A stretch of DNA of 64,000 nt from the NCBI GenBank assembly GCA_002269645.1, contig NIVC01000186.1:1-64000 (forward strand), in the 5' to 3' direction. The notes beneath the pieces are model-generated. The model ran no database searches and was not told the origin of the DNA. It worked only from the letters and a program-made list of their open reading frames with translations. The position numbers and the translations under genes were made by a program. Below are positions 13,201 through 26,556 of the stretch, in pieces (the stretch's first letter is position 1; every line of letters begins with the position of its first letter). Source of the stretch: Macrostomum lignano (lineage: Eukaryota).

Positions 13201-16200
13201 GATGTAGCCATTGGAGTTTACTGCAAAGGCATATCCGTTCGGCCCGAACTTGTGGTACGGAACCATTGCGTTCATCTCCTTCACGGTGACATCGGTTCCG
13301 ATGAGTCCTAGGAACGACTGATTGCCCTGAGGGTAATTGAACCAGAATAACATAGCCTACTATAGACCTGTCTGCTTGATGACTATCACGTAGTGTAGCT
13401 GATGCCCGCATGTGAATCTAGCTCAAGTACAATATAAAGTACAAATGTACAGTCCAGGGTTTGCATAGATGCGATAGTCTATGGCCAGTTCCGCTTGCAT
13501 CAGGCTTCTACGCTCGTACGAGTGAGGAAGAAATTTCTAATCTTTGCCATCTTGCTATCAAATTATTTCTTCAAGTTCAACTAACTTACCGACGTGTTGT
13601 ATAGCGGCATAGTCAGGCTTGTCATGAGACCCAAGCCCTGTGGAGAATGTTAGTTTGTATGTTTCTGTTTCATAATCATAGAATCCACAGGTTTAATTTT
13701 TTCTGTAACAATAAATAACAGTTGAATTGGCCAGAAAGGAAACCTCCAACCCGAACTAACCAGCGAGTCCAGGTAGATATTGTGCCACAGATAGTACTCA
13801 GCTTCGTACAGTGTCATGGGCCGACTGAGAACAGTTGTGATGTGCTGGAAAATTGCAGAAGATTATTTTTTTACAAAATTTTATATCAATCAGCCATTGA
13901 TATCAATAGCCTGGCTCGCATCCCAGGAGTCAATGTGTGAAAACGTACAGTTTGTCAGGAGCATTTTGACAGGTTATTTTCGTGTCAGTCCACAGACTCA
14001 TCAGTGCTCTCCACTTCTCACACGCAGTGTAGCTCACTATGCTAAAACTCTTCAAAGTTTACGCCACCCCACTACCGTGCGTGTTGCAAATATTTTTAGA
14101 TCCAGACCCTGCAGCGCGTCCGACCTCCGCTTCCTGGCCTCTCACATCCCGGATGCTGGGCGGCAATGGCATTCATATCACGCGTCATCATTAGCGCAGG
14201 ACTCAACTGACAAGTGATTGTACCACTCTGTATTGTAGTGCTAGGAGAGAGCAGCAGCGCTGCAGTGAGCCTGACAGCCCGTGACCCGCCTCTATCCCTC
14301 CAATGAGCATAACTGATACCTACGCATAGGCTAAATCTACAATCACGAGCCCATTGCGAGAGTGAGTGATAAACTTGGGCTAAAATTGCCCCTTACTCAA
14401 CTAGACTGCTATAAAAATGTTTTCCATTTGTTTTATTGGATCGAAGCTGTTTCCAACTCATCCTGGTCGCCTCAGAAACGCGATCGAATTTGGTAACTCT
14501 AGCCACTGCCTCAATAATTATCTATAGGGTCTATATGATCCCTAACTCAGAAGTGTCTCAGTCTCAGAGCGCACATGAAGGCAATCAATATTGTCCTTAA
14601 AGCATCCGCATTCAAGTCAATCACCTCAACTTGACTGGTGACGGCTCCCATGGCCGGGATTTCGGCGAAGTAACCTGAAAAGATTGCGATGAAGCTTATT
14701 TAAAACTCAAGCCCTCGTAAAACATGCTGGACATTCGACTGCTCTCAGTAAAAACCGATAATGAAAAAGATGAGCAGAGTGCGCGAAAGTGAGGCGGCAG
14801 CTTGCCGAGCAGCGATAAAACCTGCTCCAATGATTGATTTCGTAAAGCAGCGAGATGGAAGAAGAAAATTGAGACAAGAATGCTCATCATCGCTTGCCCA
14901 GCTCGCTCTCCGCCAAGAGTATTAACTAAGCCGCTGGTTTTGCTCACCGCGATTGCTGCAGGCGACTTCCAGCAGTGGCTCCGTGGGATTTTGATGCTGC
15001 CCGACCGAGTAGGTGAAGATTCGGATCTGGGGGGAGAGGCAGGGAAATAGAAAAATAATGAAGCGCGGTGGGAATCCGCTAGTCGGAATTGGACTCTGAG
15101 ATGGCCAGCGCTATAAAGTTGCTGAAGCGATCACAGAGGCTCGGCAGGAAGCCGCTATTATCTTGCTGTTTCTGCTGTATACCTACTTATGCGAGGGAAG
15201 AAATTCGCTGGATACTTTCCCCGACTCAGTCAGAAGCGGCTGGTGCTGAGCCGGCTTTTGCTAACTCGTGTTTTACTCTTCTACAAGCGTACTCTGAAGT
15301 GAAAGTGGCTCAAGTAACAGGCGAGCTATACATGTAGTTGCCAAACACTGGTTGCTGCTGTTTACACGAGGCCACAGAGTATTAACTGCCGCTGGTTTTG
15401 CTCACCGCGATTGCTGCAGGCGACTTCCAGCAGCGGCTCCGTGGGATTTTGATGCTGCCCGACCGAGTAGGTGAAGATTCGGATCTGGGGGGAGAGGCAG
15501 GGAAATAGAAAAATATGAAGCGCTGGGAATCCGCTAGTCAATTGGACTCTGAATGCCAGCGCATATTCCCGCTGGGAGTTGCTGAAGCAAGGATCACAGA
15601 GCTCGGCAAAGCCGCTATATCTTGCTGTCGCCGGTTTCTGCTGTATACCTACTTATGCGAGGGAAGAAATTCGCTGGATACTTTCGCCCATCGACTCAGT
15701 CACAGGAATGGTGCTGAGCCGGCTTTTCCTCTAACTCCTGTGTTTTACTCTTCTACAAGCGTACTCTGAAGTGAAAGCTCAAGTAACAGGCGAGCTATAC
15801 ATGTAGTTGCCAAACACTGGTTGCTGCTGTTTACACGAGGCGTGACATGAATGCCTCACTGGGCCAGAAATTTCAGTAAACACTCAGCCTGCAGTAGCCA
15901 ATTGACCTTGACTGATGATCATTTCTCTGCTTGCATGGTCGGGATTGCTGTTGAAAGGGCTCTGTTAGACAATTGTGTACTCTCGAATTGAACTAAGTGT
16001 CAAGTTATCTACGGCTTATACTGCAAATAACAACATAACTAAATTCCACCTTGACACTACGTCTTTATTGCGCTATTGTAGCTTGAACAAACGACCTGAA
16101 GCAGGTGCCGTTAGATTTGGATTCCTCCGGCACAGCGTCCCGAAGTAGGTGCGGTTTGGCCGTGTGGTCCGTGGTCACTTGCCTGCCTGGATACTGCGAG

Positions 16201-19200
16201 GACAAAGGTCGTTGGTAAGTCGTTGATCAAGTGGACTGAAAACTTGTGTTCTGTTCTGCCATGTATCAATAGATAGGGGTGGCTAGCCGAGTAGGTTAGT
16301 GCATTCAGCTGCAAGTTAAGCAGAGTTGACAGTGGTTAGTTACCTAGCTTAACTAGCTAGCGTCACCCACAAGGCAGCGCTGCACGATGAAATGTCATTA
16401 TTTTTCGGGCCTTAACGAGAAAACTTGAGAATGCTTGAAATTACCTTCTAGGAATATTCAAGAAAATTGGAAGAGCACTTGAAATGAAAGCACCTGGCGC
16501 TTATTATCCTAGCTTTCTTGGTTTCCCATCTAGCTTGTTGATGCATTTTGTAATTTTCCACACGCCTTATGGTTTGTTTCGCTAATTTTTAGGTGTCTCG
16601 CTACAAATATTTACTAAGCTCATCTTGATGAAAGCTCTGCTTTGAGACAGCCGTAGGAATAGAGAAAATGAGCCGGCACGATGGGTGACTGCAGTGCATT
16701 TGTGACAGCGCGGCAATCTTGTTTGGAAGAAAATCCAATTCAGACCGGTCGGGAAAGACGTTTGAGTTTGCTTTCGCTGGCTTGCCTGGCAGATTAATCC
16801 GCGCTGCCCACTTCTCACAGCGGCTGGAGAAGGAAATCTAACATGTCAGTAGTGTGACAGGTTTGACAGACAGGCATCCTGCCTGGTTGCTTTTAGCCAA
16901 AGACTAACCAACAGTTGAGCGATTTGGTAAATGTCCAGATGAAGCCAGCATTTCTGCTTCCTTCATTTGAACAGCTGCAGAAATTTGCGGTTCCTTTCCT
17001 CCCTATTTGTTAATCTTGACTCAAGCCAAGACTCAACCGCTCGTTCTACCTGAGCGACTGCAACGAAGTCGTTCTCGCCCAGAGTGTTGATCAGGCTGAC
17101 CACGGCCAATTTCGTCAAGTCCAGGGCTTGGCCGTGCATCGAGCCGCTCCTGAAAGGGAGACATGCTGAATGTGACGCTTACGTGTATGTCTGCAACAAG
17201 CACCACGCACACTGAATCCGATCAGGAACTGGACGCGATGTCTTTCTAACCCTAGCTCACTCGTCGCAACCAGTTCCTTCAATAGCTCAGCAAGGCCATT
17301 GCTTACGTGTCCACCATGAAGAGCACGTCCCTGGGACTGGCAGACCCCTGAGTGTACCTGACGTGAGCAAATATTTTTACCTTCTTGTTTCTGATAGAAA
17401 AAGGAAATAGAAAAATGTGACAACAGCAGCTGCGTTGACTCACCATGGCCTTCGTCGGACATCGTATACGTCAATTTTACCTTTCGGCTGGCGCCACTTC
17501 ATACCTGCGCGATCGAGGTTGCGTTAGGCAAATATTGTAAAAGGTTCGGTTGTTGTACGTAAAACCCGAAAGTACGAAGTTTACCTGGAAACATCCTGAA
17601 AATGCCGTTCTGTGAGCCATAGAACTGCCACAGCAGCTCCGGATCTTTCCTCTTGTTGGAGTAGAACACTTTGTCCAATTCGTTTGACCAATAAATGTCG
17701 TTCAGTACTTTGACATCTGCGGGAATTCCGTGAGCCTGTGAAGTCTGTGAGCACAGTTGGAGTACACGGCAATAAAAAATCTAAATAACTGAAGTATTAG
17801 AGGAAGAATACTGTCAATGGCAGAAAGGCTATTCGAGTACGAAATCCTATGCGGTATAAATGATTCAAGTCATTTGGAAAGACAATATTGGTTAGTGCAG
17901 TGAATAAGCAGTCTTGTCTGACCCCCAAAGCGAATGCGCACGCAATAACGCACTCACACTCGATGTACAGCAGTTTTGAATTGCTCTGTATTATGGGGTT
18001 GCACGACAAGTGCCAGATCAATTTTTGAGACGAGACGAGACGAGACCTACATACATGTGCTTGCTTACCATTGGATCCCTGGTGGGTACCTCGGCGAGAA
18101 AATCAGACGCCCCATGAAAAGACGATAATTTGGCCCTAAATGCGACCTAATTCTTTCAATTTATTTAACAACCGATCCGGACTTCACCTCCTTTGTAAGT
18201 CTCCACAGGTATGTGCACAGACGACTGGTTTTTGACAACTTTCTGCAGGAACATCCTGTCGTACTCCATCCTCGGGTCTGACTCTTCCACCAGCTTGGCA
18301 TCTATGTACGAGACTTGGCTCTCCTCAATGGCCGGATTTGGAATGTAGGAAGCAGCTGCGCTCTCCGCAAACGTAACCAGTTCCTGTGGATCAATAAAAA
18401 ATGCATGCCGACATGGTTGAACAAGTTGCAGACTAATTTTTTCTCACAGTGAGGTTACTTGGATAGGAAATATTGAAACATTGCCGAACATTTTTTGCTG
18501 TCGATTCGCGTCGGAAATGTGGGTTGCACAGAAGTTCATAATTCTCCGAAAAAGCGCCAGGGTGAGAAGAGTCCTTTGCTCCTGACACTTCTCATGCTTG
18601 CACGCAAGCAGACAATGCATTGCCACCCGCGTCTCTACAAGTTTCTACTCGTATTCCTGTCCCCTGCAGATGCTGGATTGCAGGCCCTTCTTGGTTAGGG
18701 AAGGGAGTGAAAAAAATCTGCCAATTCCAAATTCTTGGTGGGGTAAGGCAATGCGGATACTCTGGGTATCCATTGCTGCGGCCATCTCGGCTATGCAGTC
18801 ATCCATTCGGTTTGGGAGAGGCAGATAAAGAGAGGCTGGGAACTGCTAAATTGGGTCGACAGGCAGGGATTAACACCACGAACAGAGGCGACGAGAAGCT
18901 GGGATTTACGCAGAAAAAATGTCACTCGATCCATCAATAGCGACAAAGAGCTGACCTCCTCCTATAGTTGTTTGCTAGGATGCTTAGTTCCCGATGGGAG
19001 TTCATTTCTAAAGAATTTCTGTACATTGCCGATTTATTATCAAAACTTACTCCGTTTAAAACTACTAGGTTTAAAATCGAAAATAAAATTTGAAAACTTT
19101 GTGAGAATTTGCTGGTGCTAGAAGCTGTGAAGCGCGTACTGGCTAAGGTTTTAGGCTGAATAGGACTGCAGATTGCATGCGTATGGGCTGGAAAAACTTC

Positions 19201-21706
19201 ACATGAAGAGGGAATGGCTAGATCTGTCTCTTCGGTTTCTGCAGCGCACTAGCTATGAACTAAGCAGCTCATTGAGTGCCTCGCGCTTGAATTGCTCTTC
19301 AACTCTCAGGCCCTGGAACCAACCCAGCCAAGCCACATAGCATCCCCAGTTTTTCCCTTTTCCTTTCTTTCACTTTCTCACATTCTCTGTTGCAGCAAAC
19401 CGCTACTGAAGCAATTCACAAGAGATACGAGGGGGGGGGGCAAATTTCCTTGCTCTGACTAGGAATTGTGTGAAAAGCACTTAAAGAAAATGCGCGCTGT
19501 TGAATAGAAATGCAGAGATGAGAAATTGCAGAGCAGCTGCCAACCTGCAGCAGCTGCTAAGCCTAAATTGGACTCTACCGGGCCTGCAGCGTCATCTCGC
19601 ATGCAGTTGTTCTCTTTCGCTGCCCTCCTGATTGACAGCTTAGTCCTGGGGGTTGTTGGGGAATGGCCAACAGGTGGAGTGTCTTCACCTGAGCAATTTA
19701 ACTTACTGACATCATCGTGTTGATCGTTTCTACATCCAGGATAACAAAGCGTCAGTGCCTCTCCCCTGGCGCGCTTTGACCCGGCGTGGCCTATGCGTGG
19801 CCATTGTTTAGATTCTATCAGCGCATCGAGAGTAGAACTGCTGGGTTACGTAGATGCAGTCATTTTAATATAGATATAAATATAAGGTGTGAATTATGCG
19901 ATTAAAGGTGGGGCTGCTTCAGACCGCGGGGAGCACAGCTGAGTTAAAAAAACAATTCCGCAGTGCTGAGAAAAAACCCAGCCTTGGCGAAAGGGAAGTT
20001 TTCCCACCCATGGGAGACAAATTACCGACCTCGGGTGTATATTCTGACTTTATATTCCTCTTTGTCTCGTCTATCTAAATCGTTTCCAGTGCAGTTTGCG
20101 GAGCTAAATTATTAATTTGGTGGCTTTGGACACTGACGGAATACCACCGTGTGATGAGAAAGAGAGCATACAGAATGTGAAAAGCACGAGGGAAAGCCTT
20201 TTCGGAGATGGCTGACTGTGGTGGAAGTGCCTACCGCCATCGCTTTAGAGCTTACAAGCTTTTGCAAGCGGACAGACCGGTGGTGGGGGCAGGCAGGTGG
20301 GGACCTGGGACGGAAGGCAGAGTGGGAATAGGCCGTCAACCTCAGTTTAATTCAATCGATGCAGCCTGAATTTCAAGCTCCCCATCGGCACCAGGGAAGA
20401 CCCAGGCTCCCCTGAGAGGGGCCGGAGCTGGGTGGGGCTCTGGTCTATTTTATTAATAAGGCGCTTCTGTTTGGAATTTTGCCATATGGGGTTTACTCGC
20501 AACAGAGTTGCCGACCAGCGGTTCAGTGATCATCCGTTTCTGATGCGGGGACACTTTGATTAAATATTCAAAATGGCCTCTTCGTCCTCAGTCCCAGCAA
20601 CGGCCTGCGCCTCTGGTTCCGAGCTCTTTTACAGACAGACTAATTGACTGCATTCTACATTCAACCGGCCGGAGCCAGTTCTGTCTGTGACTTTGGTTAT
20701 CAATGTTCTTTAATAAACTTTCACATGCAGTGTGAGATCATTTTCACTGATGGAGTGATATATGAATAGTTCAGGAGCCTTGACTACTCAGACATCACGA
20801 GGAGCCTTGACTACTCAGACAGTTCAGGAGTCTTGACTACTCAGACATCAGGAGGGGCCTTGACTACTCAGACAGTTCAGGAGTCTTGACTACTCAGACA
20901 TCATGAGGGGCCTTGACTACTCAGACAGTTCAGGAAGAGCCTACTTGACCACTCAGACAGCTCAGGAGGAGCCTTGACCACTCAAGCAGTTCAGGAGGAG
21001 TCTTGACCACCCAGGCAGTTCAGGAGGGGCCTTGACCACTCAAGCAGTTCAGGAGGAGTCTTGACCACTCAAGCACTTTAGGAGGGGCCTTGACCACTCA
21101 AGCAGTTCAGGAGGAGTCTTGACCACTCAAGCACTTTAGGAGGGGCCTTGACCACTCAAGCAGTTCAGGAGGAGTCTTGACCACTCAAGCACTTCAGGAG
21201 GGGCCTTGACCACTCAAGCAGTTCAGGAGGAGTCTTGACCACCCAGGCAGTTCAGGAGAAGCCTTGACCTTAGGAGGACCTTGAGCTTTGGAGGAGTTAA
21301 CGCGACCAGTTTTTTTGCTTCGACATACTAAGCACGAGTGCACGCTTTGGTAATGTACATTGAAGCCTACATCTTTTAGAGTAGCACAAACTGAAGCTTG
21401 ACTTTACTACGAGTAAAATGACTAATGCGGAGCAGTAAGGCCCTCCAGCAAAATCTCAGACAGATTTGCATTTTTAGATGAGAAGCCAAGGCCGCTTTCG
21501 CTAACATCGATTTGTGCCCCGCAGACCAGTGGAGACACATTTCGATGAAGGATATTATGAAGCGACCAGCTCGAGAATATTGGAGGACCAATCAAACGTC
21601 TCGGCTCACCTTGATAGCACGCATCTTTCTGCTGACCACCTGGGTTAACTTTTTGGCCAGATTTTTCACCTCTTGTGCCGCTGAAGTGTTTCGAATGCGA
21701 AAGCCG
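3896..21706 (-). CDS. CACNA2D: Voltage-gated calcium channel auxiliary subunit alpha2delta (family-level call; 5' exons unresolved)
   Basis: Exons in transcript order: 21610-21706 (GFRIR..RKMRAIK); 18188-18383 ([18 protein letters not shown]); 17585-17716 ([27 protein letters not shown]); 17444-17504 ([10 protein letters not shown]); 17307-17357 ([17 protein letters not shown]); 17050-17149 ([14 protein letters not shown]; MIDAS DTSGS intact); ~16048-16193 (FVQAT/RNK, frameshifted); an unresolved VWA segment; 15406-15484 or 14948-15026 ([15 protein letters not shown]); 14625-14674 (GYFAEIP); 13761-13844 ([15 protein letters not shown]); 13590-13637 ([14 protein letters not shown]); 13174-13326 ([26 protein letters not shown]); 12781-13010; 11252-12015; 10625-~10807; 10266-10414 ([11 protein letters not shown]); 9088-9164; 8128-8370 (EYDYQGSC); 4333-4621 ([24 protein letters not shown]); 3896-4006 (EDSSECGS + hydrophobic tail, TGA). 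Junctions are GT-AG and phase-compatible except around 15485-16095. Confidence 0.95.
4037..4311. repeat. (CTGT)n microsatellite in the last alpha2delta intron
   Basis: Direct inspection. Confidence 0.97.
4830..5430. repeat. 58-bp minisatellite, ~10 copies
   Basis: Unit AAAATAGAACTGTGCAGTCCCACCCCATTTCTCGTCATTCTAATGTACACTGTGTCCA; period 58 (5043, 5101, 5159). Confidence 0.93.
6258..6985. repeat. 9-bp tandem repeat (TCATCTATC / TCATCTGTC)
   Basis: Direct inspection; the array produces the spurious DEI/SHL ORFs. Confidence 0.95.
7590..7910. repeat. ~42-bp minisatellite, ~7-8 copies
   Basis: Unit AAACTACCAGGGCGAGGGGAATTCCCTCTTAGACAGCCATCA. Confidence 0.9.
8420..8987. repeat. 13-bp minisatellite (GGTGGGTACCAGT / GGTGGGTAGCATT)
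   Basis: Direct inspection. Confidence 0.95.
9384..10257. repeat. 7/14-bp tandem repeat (CAGGTGA-TAGGTGA)n filling an alpha2delta intron
   Basis: Direct inspection; it begins 8 nt inside the donor at 10265. Confidence 0.96.
11010..11160 (+). mobile_element. Partial copy of SINE family A (GAGGGCCAACCCC core)
   Basis: Shares GAGGG(G)CCAACCCCAAGGCGCAG..GTGTACATGCC..TGTACACCCTGTGTGAG..CTCAGGAGTCAGCGGA with 43020-43150 and 63425-63570. Confidence 0.8.
12145..12325 (-). mobile_element. Diverged 3' half of a SINE-A-related element
   Basis: The reverse complement contains GAGGGCCAACCCC..GTACACCCCGTGTGA..AAATTTGCGC..AAAGCCCCCC, paralleling the 3' end of the element at 42885-43239. Confidence 0.55.
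12337..12663 (-). mobile_element. tRNA-derived SINE (family B) with (ATT)n tail
   Basis: Minus strand: A box TAGCCTAGTGG, B box GGTTCGATTTC, body TGTGTCCTTGAGCAAGACCACTTAAC..AAAATGGGTGCCAGC, and an (ATT)n tail at ~12337-12372. Confidence 0.8.
14916..15841. repeat. Tandem duplication (~460 + ~469 bp), each unit carrying the same 79-nt alpha2delta exon
   Basis: AGAGTATTAACT at 14916 and 15376; TTTACACGAGGC ends at 15372 and 15841. The exon copies are 14948-15026 and 15406-15484. Confidence 0.93.
20765..21290. repeat. ~29-bp minisatellite
   Basis: Unit GTTCAGGAGGAGTCTTGACCACTCAAGCA with alternating variants. Confidence 0.92.
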
Positions 21707-23931
21707 CTGTGATGATAGGTCCTCTCGTACTCCTGCGGGGTGGCGCATTGGGGGGCGTTGAAACTGAGCTAAAATTGCTCGTATGGCAAGTCTGACGTAA
21801 AGTACGCGATGTCAATGAACTTATTATGCAACTGATTGAATCCCGAGGCGACAGATGCTAAAAGTATTGTCATCATTACTATTCCCACTCACTCAGTAGG
21901 CATTTCTAATGGATCATTTGCTATGATTCCTCCCCCTATGGCGTATGTTGTAAAGTTTTTTCTTCATTTGTAACAACTGTCTACAGTGTTTTCCTTAACC
22001 TGGTGCAGTTGCCCATTTGACTCTGGATTATACATTAGACATGGGAGCCATGGTAGAGGCGACACCAATAATGAGGTGAGACCTAAAACGGCAAGAAAGA
22101 AAATCACTCTACTGCATCTTGAGTGCCACATTGCTGTCGGTGATACAACAAATTGGCGTGCAAAGACCCGAGAGCAGCTGGTGGGACTGCTCAATTGCTA
22201 TTTCACTTGCAGATTGAGTGGGGGAGTGGATGGGGTTGGTGAGTGACAGGTGGGTCCCGCAGAGTGGCTGCTGTCATTTACCTACTTGTCAAGTGACAGA
22301 CTGAATGGTGTGCGAGCCTAATGACTTACGGAGAGATTTATACTTGAAGCAGCGTGGCGGCGGGCAGGGGAACGGGTGGGGCTTGCAGCTCACGAATCAA
22401 TCGATACTGGCGGCCACTTCAGCAGTGCACGCCACCTTCGCTGGAATGGAGCCGGGCTCTTAGACGGGAGGGGGAAGCCTCTCATTTTCGCCATCTCCCA
22501 CCTCCCTCTCTGCCAGCTTCAACGGTGCCCATATTAGCTGCCCGATGGGCTCGCCTGGCCCAGCCTCGGCATCGAGAATCGATGCGAGTCACCGCTCCCG
22601 GGTTAGCGCGCAGTCCTCGGTAACTGCCTCCCCGATTCTAGCCTCGCGGGAGCGGTGAAAATAGGCCCTGCCTGAAAATAGACCCCGCGAGAAAGCAAAA
22701 GTGAATGATGATTAGACACTTACCTGCTGCACTCGCTGCCAGCGGCTCTCCTTGATGAATGTCTGACGGAGCAGCTCAGCCCCAGTGGCGGCTTGCTGTC
22801 GGAGCCTGTGGGGTGGGAGGCGGTGAGCCCGTCTGATGGATTCGCCTCCCAGCCGATTCTGGCGGGTTATTTGTATCGAATAAAGAATTGCTTCAAACGA
22901 AAACTGAGCTATTATTGTGAGATCGGTGCAGGAGTTTTTATGGTGCAAATTTAGCAGTGAAACAGTAGCCTGCTTTGAGGACATGCTTTCATTTTTTACT
23001 GCTTCGTGCCACGCAGTTTAAAAATCACAGCAGCATTTGCAAGCGACATCGTTAATCGTCGTGAAATATAAGCCAGATTATGATCTTAATCTCACGGATT
23101 TGCTCTTGCAAGACGTGTCCTTCTGCTAGTCTCAGATCCCTCGATTTGCATTTTCAATCGCATGATGAGTTCTCCGCTCGAATCAGTTGAACGCAAATAG
23201 ACTTTTTTATCTTGCCGCCCTGTCTGGGTATGTTCTAAGCAACCTCCAGCTGACATTGAATAGATACCGACCCACTCAACATTTTCTCCATGCACAAATT
23301 GCTCTGGCAGACACCCGAGAGCCTGGGGTGCTTGTACGGCTGAGTTGACAAGAATAAGGCGTAAGGGAAAGAGCGAAAGTGAGAATGAAGAGTATGAGCA
23401 AGCCTCCTCAAATGTAAACATCTCACCCTGGGCCTAGGAGAGCCTTTACGTAGGCCTGACCGTCCCTCTCTCACTTTATCAGGGCCAGTGTTTGCCTGGG
23501 CAAAACAGGGTCTGGGACAGGGCGCGAGTGATGTCGACGCGATGCTCTGAGACTGGCGTTGCCTCCATAACGCTTGGCCGCCGGACGGGCGGGGTGTTGG
23601 AAGCGCTTTGACGAAAGACAGCATTTTCACGATGGCGACCCTCCGTAAGTCTGATGGACAGTGCCCAAGCGCCCAACCCTCCAACACCTCAGACCATTCT
23701 GAAGGCCTCAAATTCTGCGCTCATTTCATTAGAAAACGCTACTGTATTGCCGAAAACTTAATTGGCTAAATATAGGTGCATCACTGGAGCCTTGTTTCCA
23801 GTGCCTCGGCAGAGAGATCAAAGGCGACGGCATATCTTAAGATCCTTACTAGAACACTTTTTAAATCTGGAACATCACTGTAAATGCTGAGCTTGAAGAT
23901 GATAAAAATAGGAGTCCGAAACTTGGGACTT

Positions 23932-25152
23932 GGAGTTTGGGACTGCATCTTTTGAGACACATCGAAGCTTTGGACCGTTGAGTTTGGGACTGCATCTTTT
24001 GAGACACATCGAAGCTTTGGACCGTTGAGTTTGGGACTGCATCTTTTGAGACGCATCAAAGCTTTGGACCGTTGAGTTTGGGACTGCATCTTTTGAGACG
24101 CATCAAAGCTTTGGACCGTTGAGTTTGGGACTGCATCTTTTGAGACACATCGAAGCTTTGGACCGTTGAGTTTGGGACTGCATCTTTTGAGACACATCGA
24201 AGCTTTGGACCGTTGAGTTTGGGACTGCATCTTTTGAGACGCATCAAAGCTTTGGACCGTTGAGTTTGGGACTGCATCTTTTGAGACGCATCAAAGCTTT
24301 GGACCGTTGAGTTTGGGACTGCATCTTTTGAGACGCATCAAAGCTTTGGACCGTTGAGTTTGGGACTGCATCTTTTGAGACACATCGAAGCTTTGGACCG
24401 TTGAGTTTGGGACTGCATCTTTTGAGACACATCGAAGCTTTGGACCGTTGAGTTTGGGACTGCATCTTTTGAGACACATCGAAGCTTTGGACCGTTGAGT
24501 TTGGGACTGCATCTTTTGAGACACATCGAAGCTTTGGACCGTTGAGTTTGGGACTGCATCTTTTGAGACACATCGAAGCTTTGGACCGTTGAGTTTGGGA
24601 CTGCATCTTTTGAGACGCATCAAAGCTTTGGACCGTTGAGTTTGGGACTGCATCTTTTGAGACGCATCAAAGCTTTGGACCGTTGAGTTTGGGACTGCAT
24701 CTTTTGAGACGCATCAAAGCTTTGGACCGTTGAGTTTGGGACTGCATCTTTTGAGACACATCGAAGCTTTGGACCGTTGAGTTTGGGACTGCATCTTTTG
24801 AGACACATCGAAGCTTTGGACCGTTGAGTTTGGGACTGCATCTTTTGAGACACATCGAAGCTTTGGACCGTTGAGTTTGGGACTGCATCTTTTGAGACGC
24901 ATCAAAGCTTTGGACCGTTGAGTTTGGGACTGCATCTTTTGAGACACATCGAAGCTTTGGACCGTTGAGTTTGGGACTGCATCTTTTGAGACACATCGAA
25001 GCTTTGGACCGTTGAGTTTGGGACTGCATCTTTTGAGACACATCGAAGCTTTGGACCGTTGAGTTTGGGACTGCATCTTTTGAGACACATCGAAGCTTTG
25101 GACCGTTGAGTTTGGGACTGCATCTTTTGAGACGCATCAAAGCTTTGTACCG
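23932..25152. repeat. 47-bp minisatellite, ~26 copies, two variants
   Basis: Unit TTTGGGACTGCATCTTTTGAGAC[A/G]CATC[G/A]AAGCTTTGGACCGTTGAG. Confidence 0.97.
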
Positions 25153-26011
25153 TTGGGCTCGAGACTTTTAGGGTTTTTAAATATTTCAATCGAGAGGTTT
25201 GGCTCAAGGAAATTCATGGAATCCCACTGCCTCGCATTGACAAAATGATCTGGGTAATCCGGGTCAGTCGACTCGTACTATTGAAGACGACTTCAAATCG
25301 AGGCGGGAAACCATAAGAGAGTATAGGGAGAGGCAGAGAAGGAGTGACGGGGCTCAGAACGGAATCGGTGGGACTCGGCAGAGGTCATTAATAATGGAAC
25401 GGCGGACCGTGTCCCTCTTCAGTGTATTTCTCTCCTTCTTCTTCCTTTTGGCTCTTTCAGCGCAGTCCCGATCGCGGTAAGGCAATCGGGGCAAGGTCCT
25501 GAGACTGACTGACTGGCCCGTCCGAAATTCGAAGCCGGGAGGGGGAAGCCGTTTCCTGGAACACGGGGTGCCGAGATATTGCTTCAACCGCGTCGGCCTC
25601 TCTCCTCCTCGCTCCACTAGTATTTAGCTGGCCAAGCTCATACCATCGCGATGAGAAACTCTTGTGTGCACTGTTGGAGCCGCTGCCATAGACATTTACT
25701 GACCATATAAATTTAAGCATTTCAAAATGGGACTGGGCTTCCACAGGCTTATTAGCTACAACTGCATCTGTTTTACAGGCTTGCAATTAGCTTTAGACAT
25801 TTTACAAGGCCCACCCTGGAGTAGGGCTGGGAATTGCGCTGCTGAGCGGCCACCTGCCTGCCACTGAGCTGGGATATCTAAATCAGCTTAAACATACCGC
25901 TCTGCATTTCAGATAGCTGTGGCAGAATCATGAAAGACAGACTGGGATATTGTGTATCCTTTTCGCTTGCCATTGTTTTAGGAGTTCGTGCGGACAATTT
26001 TTGGTATGGAA

Positions 26012-26556
<545 letters not shown>

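Noticed and set aside
22724-22805. Candidate upstream alpha2delta exon (LRQQAATGAELLRQTF..VQQ; good acceptor, GTAAGT donor)
   Set aside because: In that frame it ends in phase 0, but the next exon (21706) needs phase 2. It is left unassigned.
23932-25152. CRISPR-like regular array
   Set aside because: The units are contiguous with no unique spacers, there are no cas genes, and the context is eukaryotic. It is a minisatellite.
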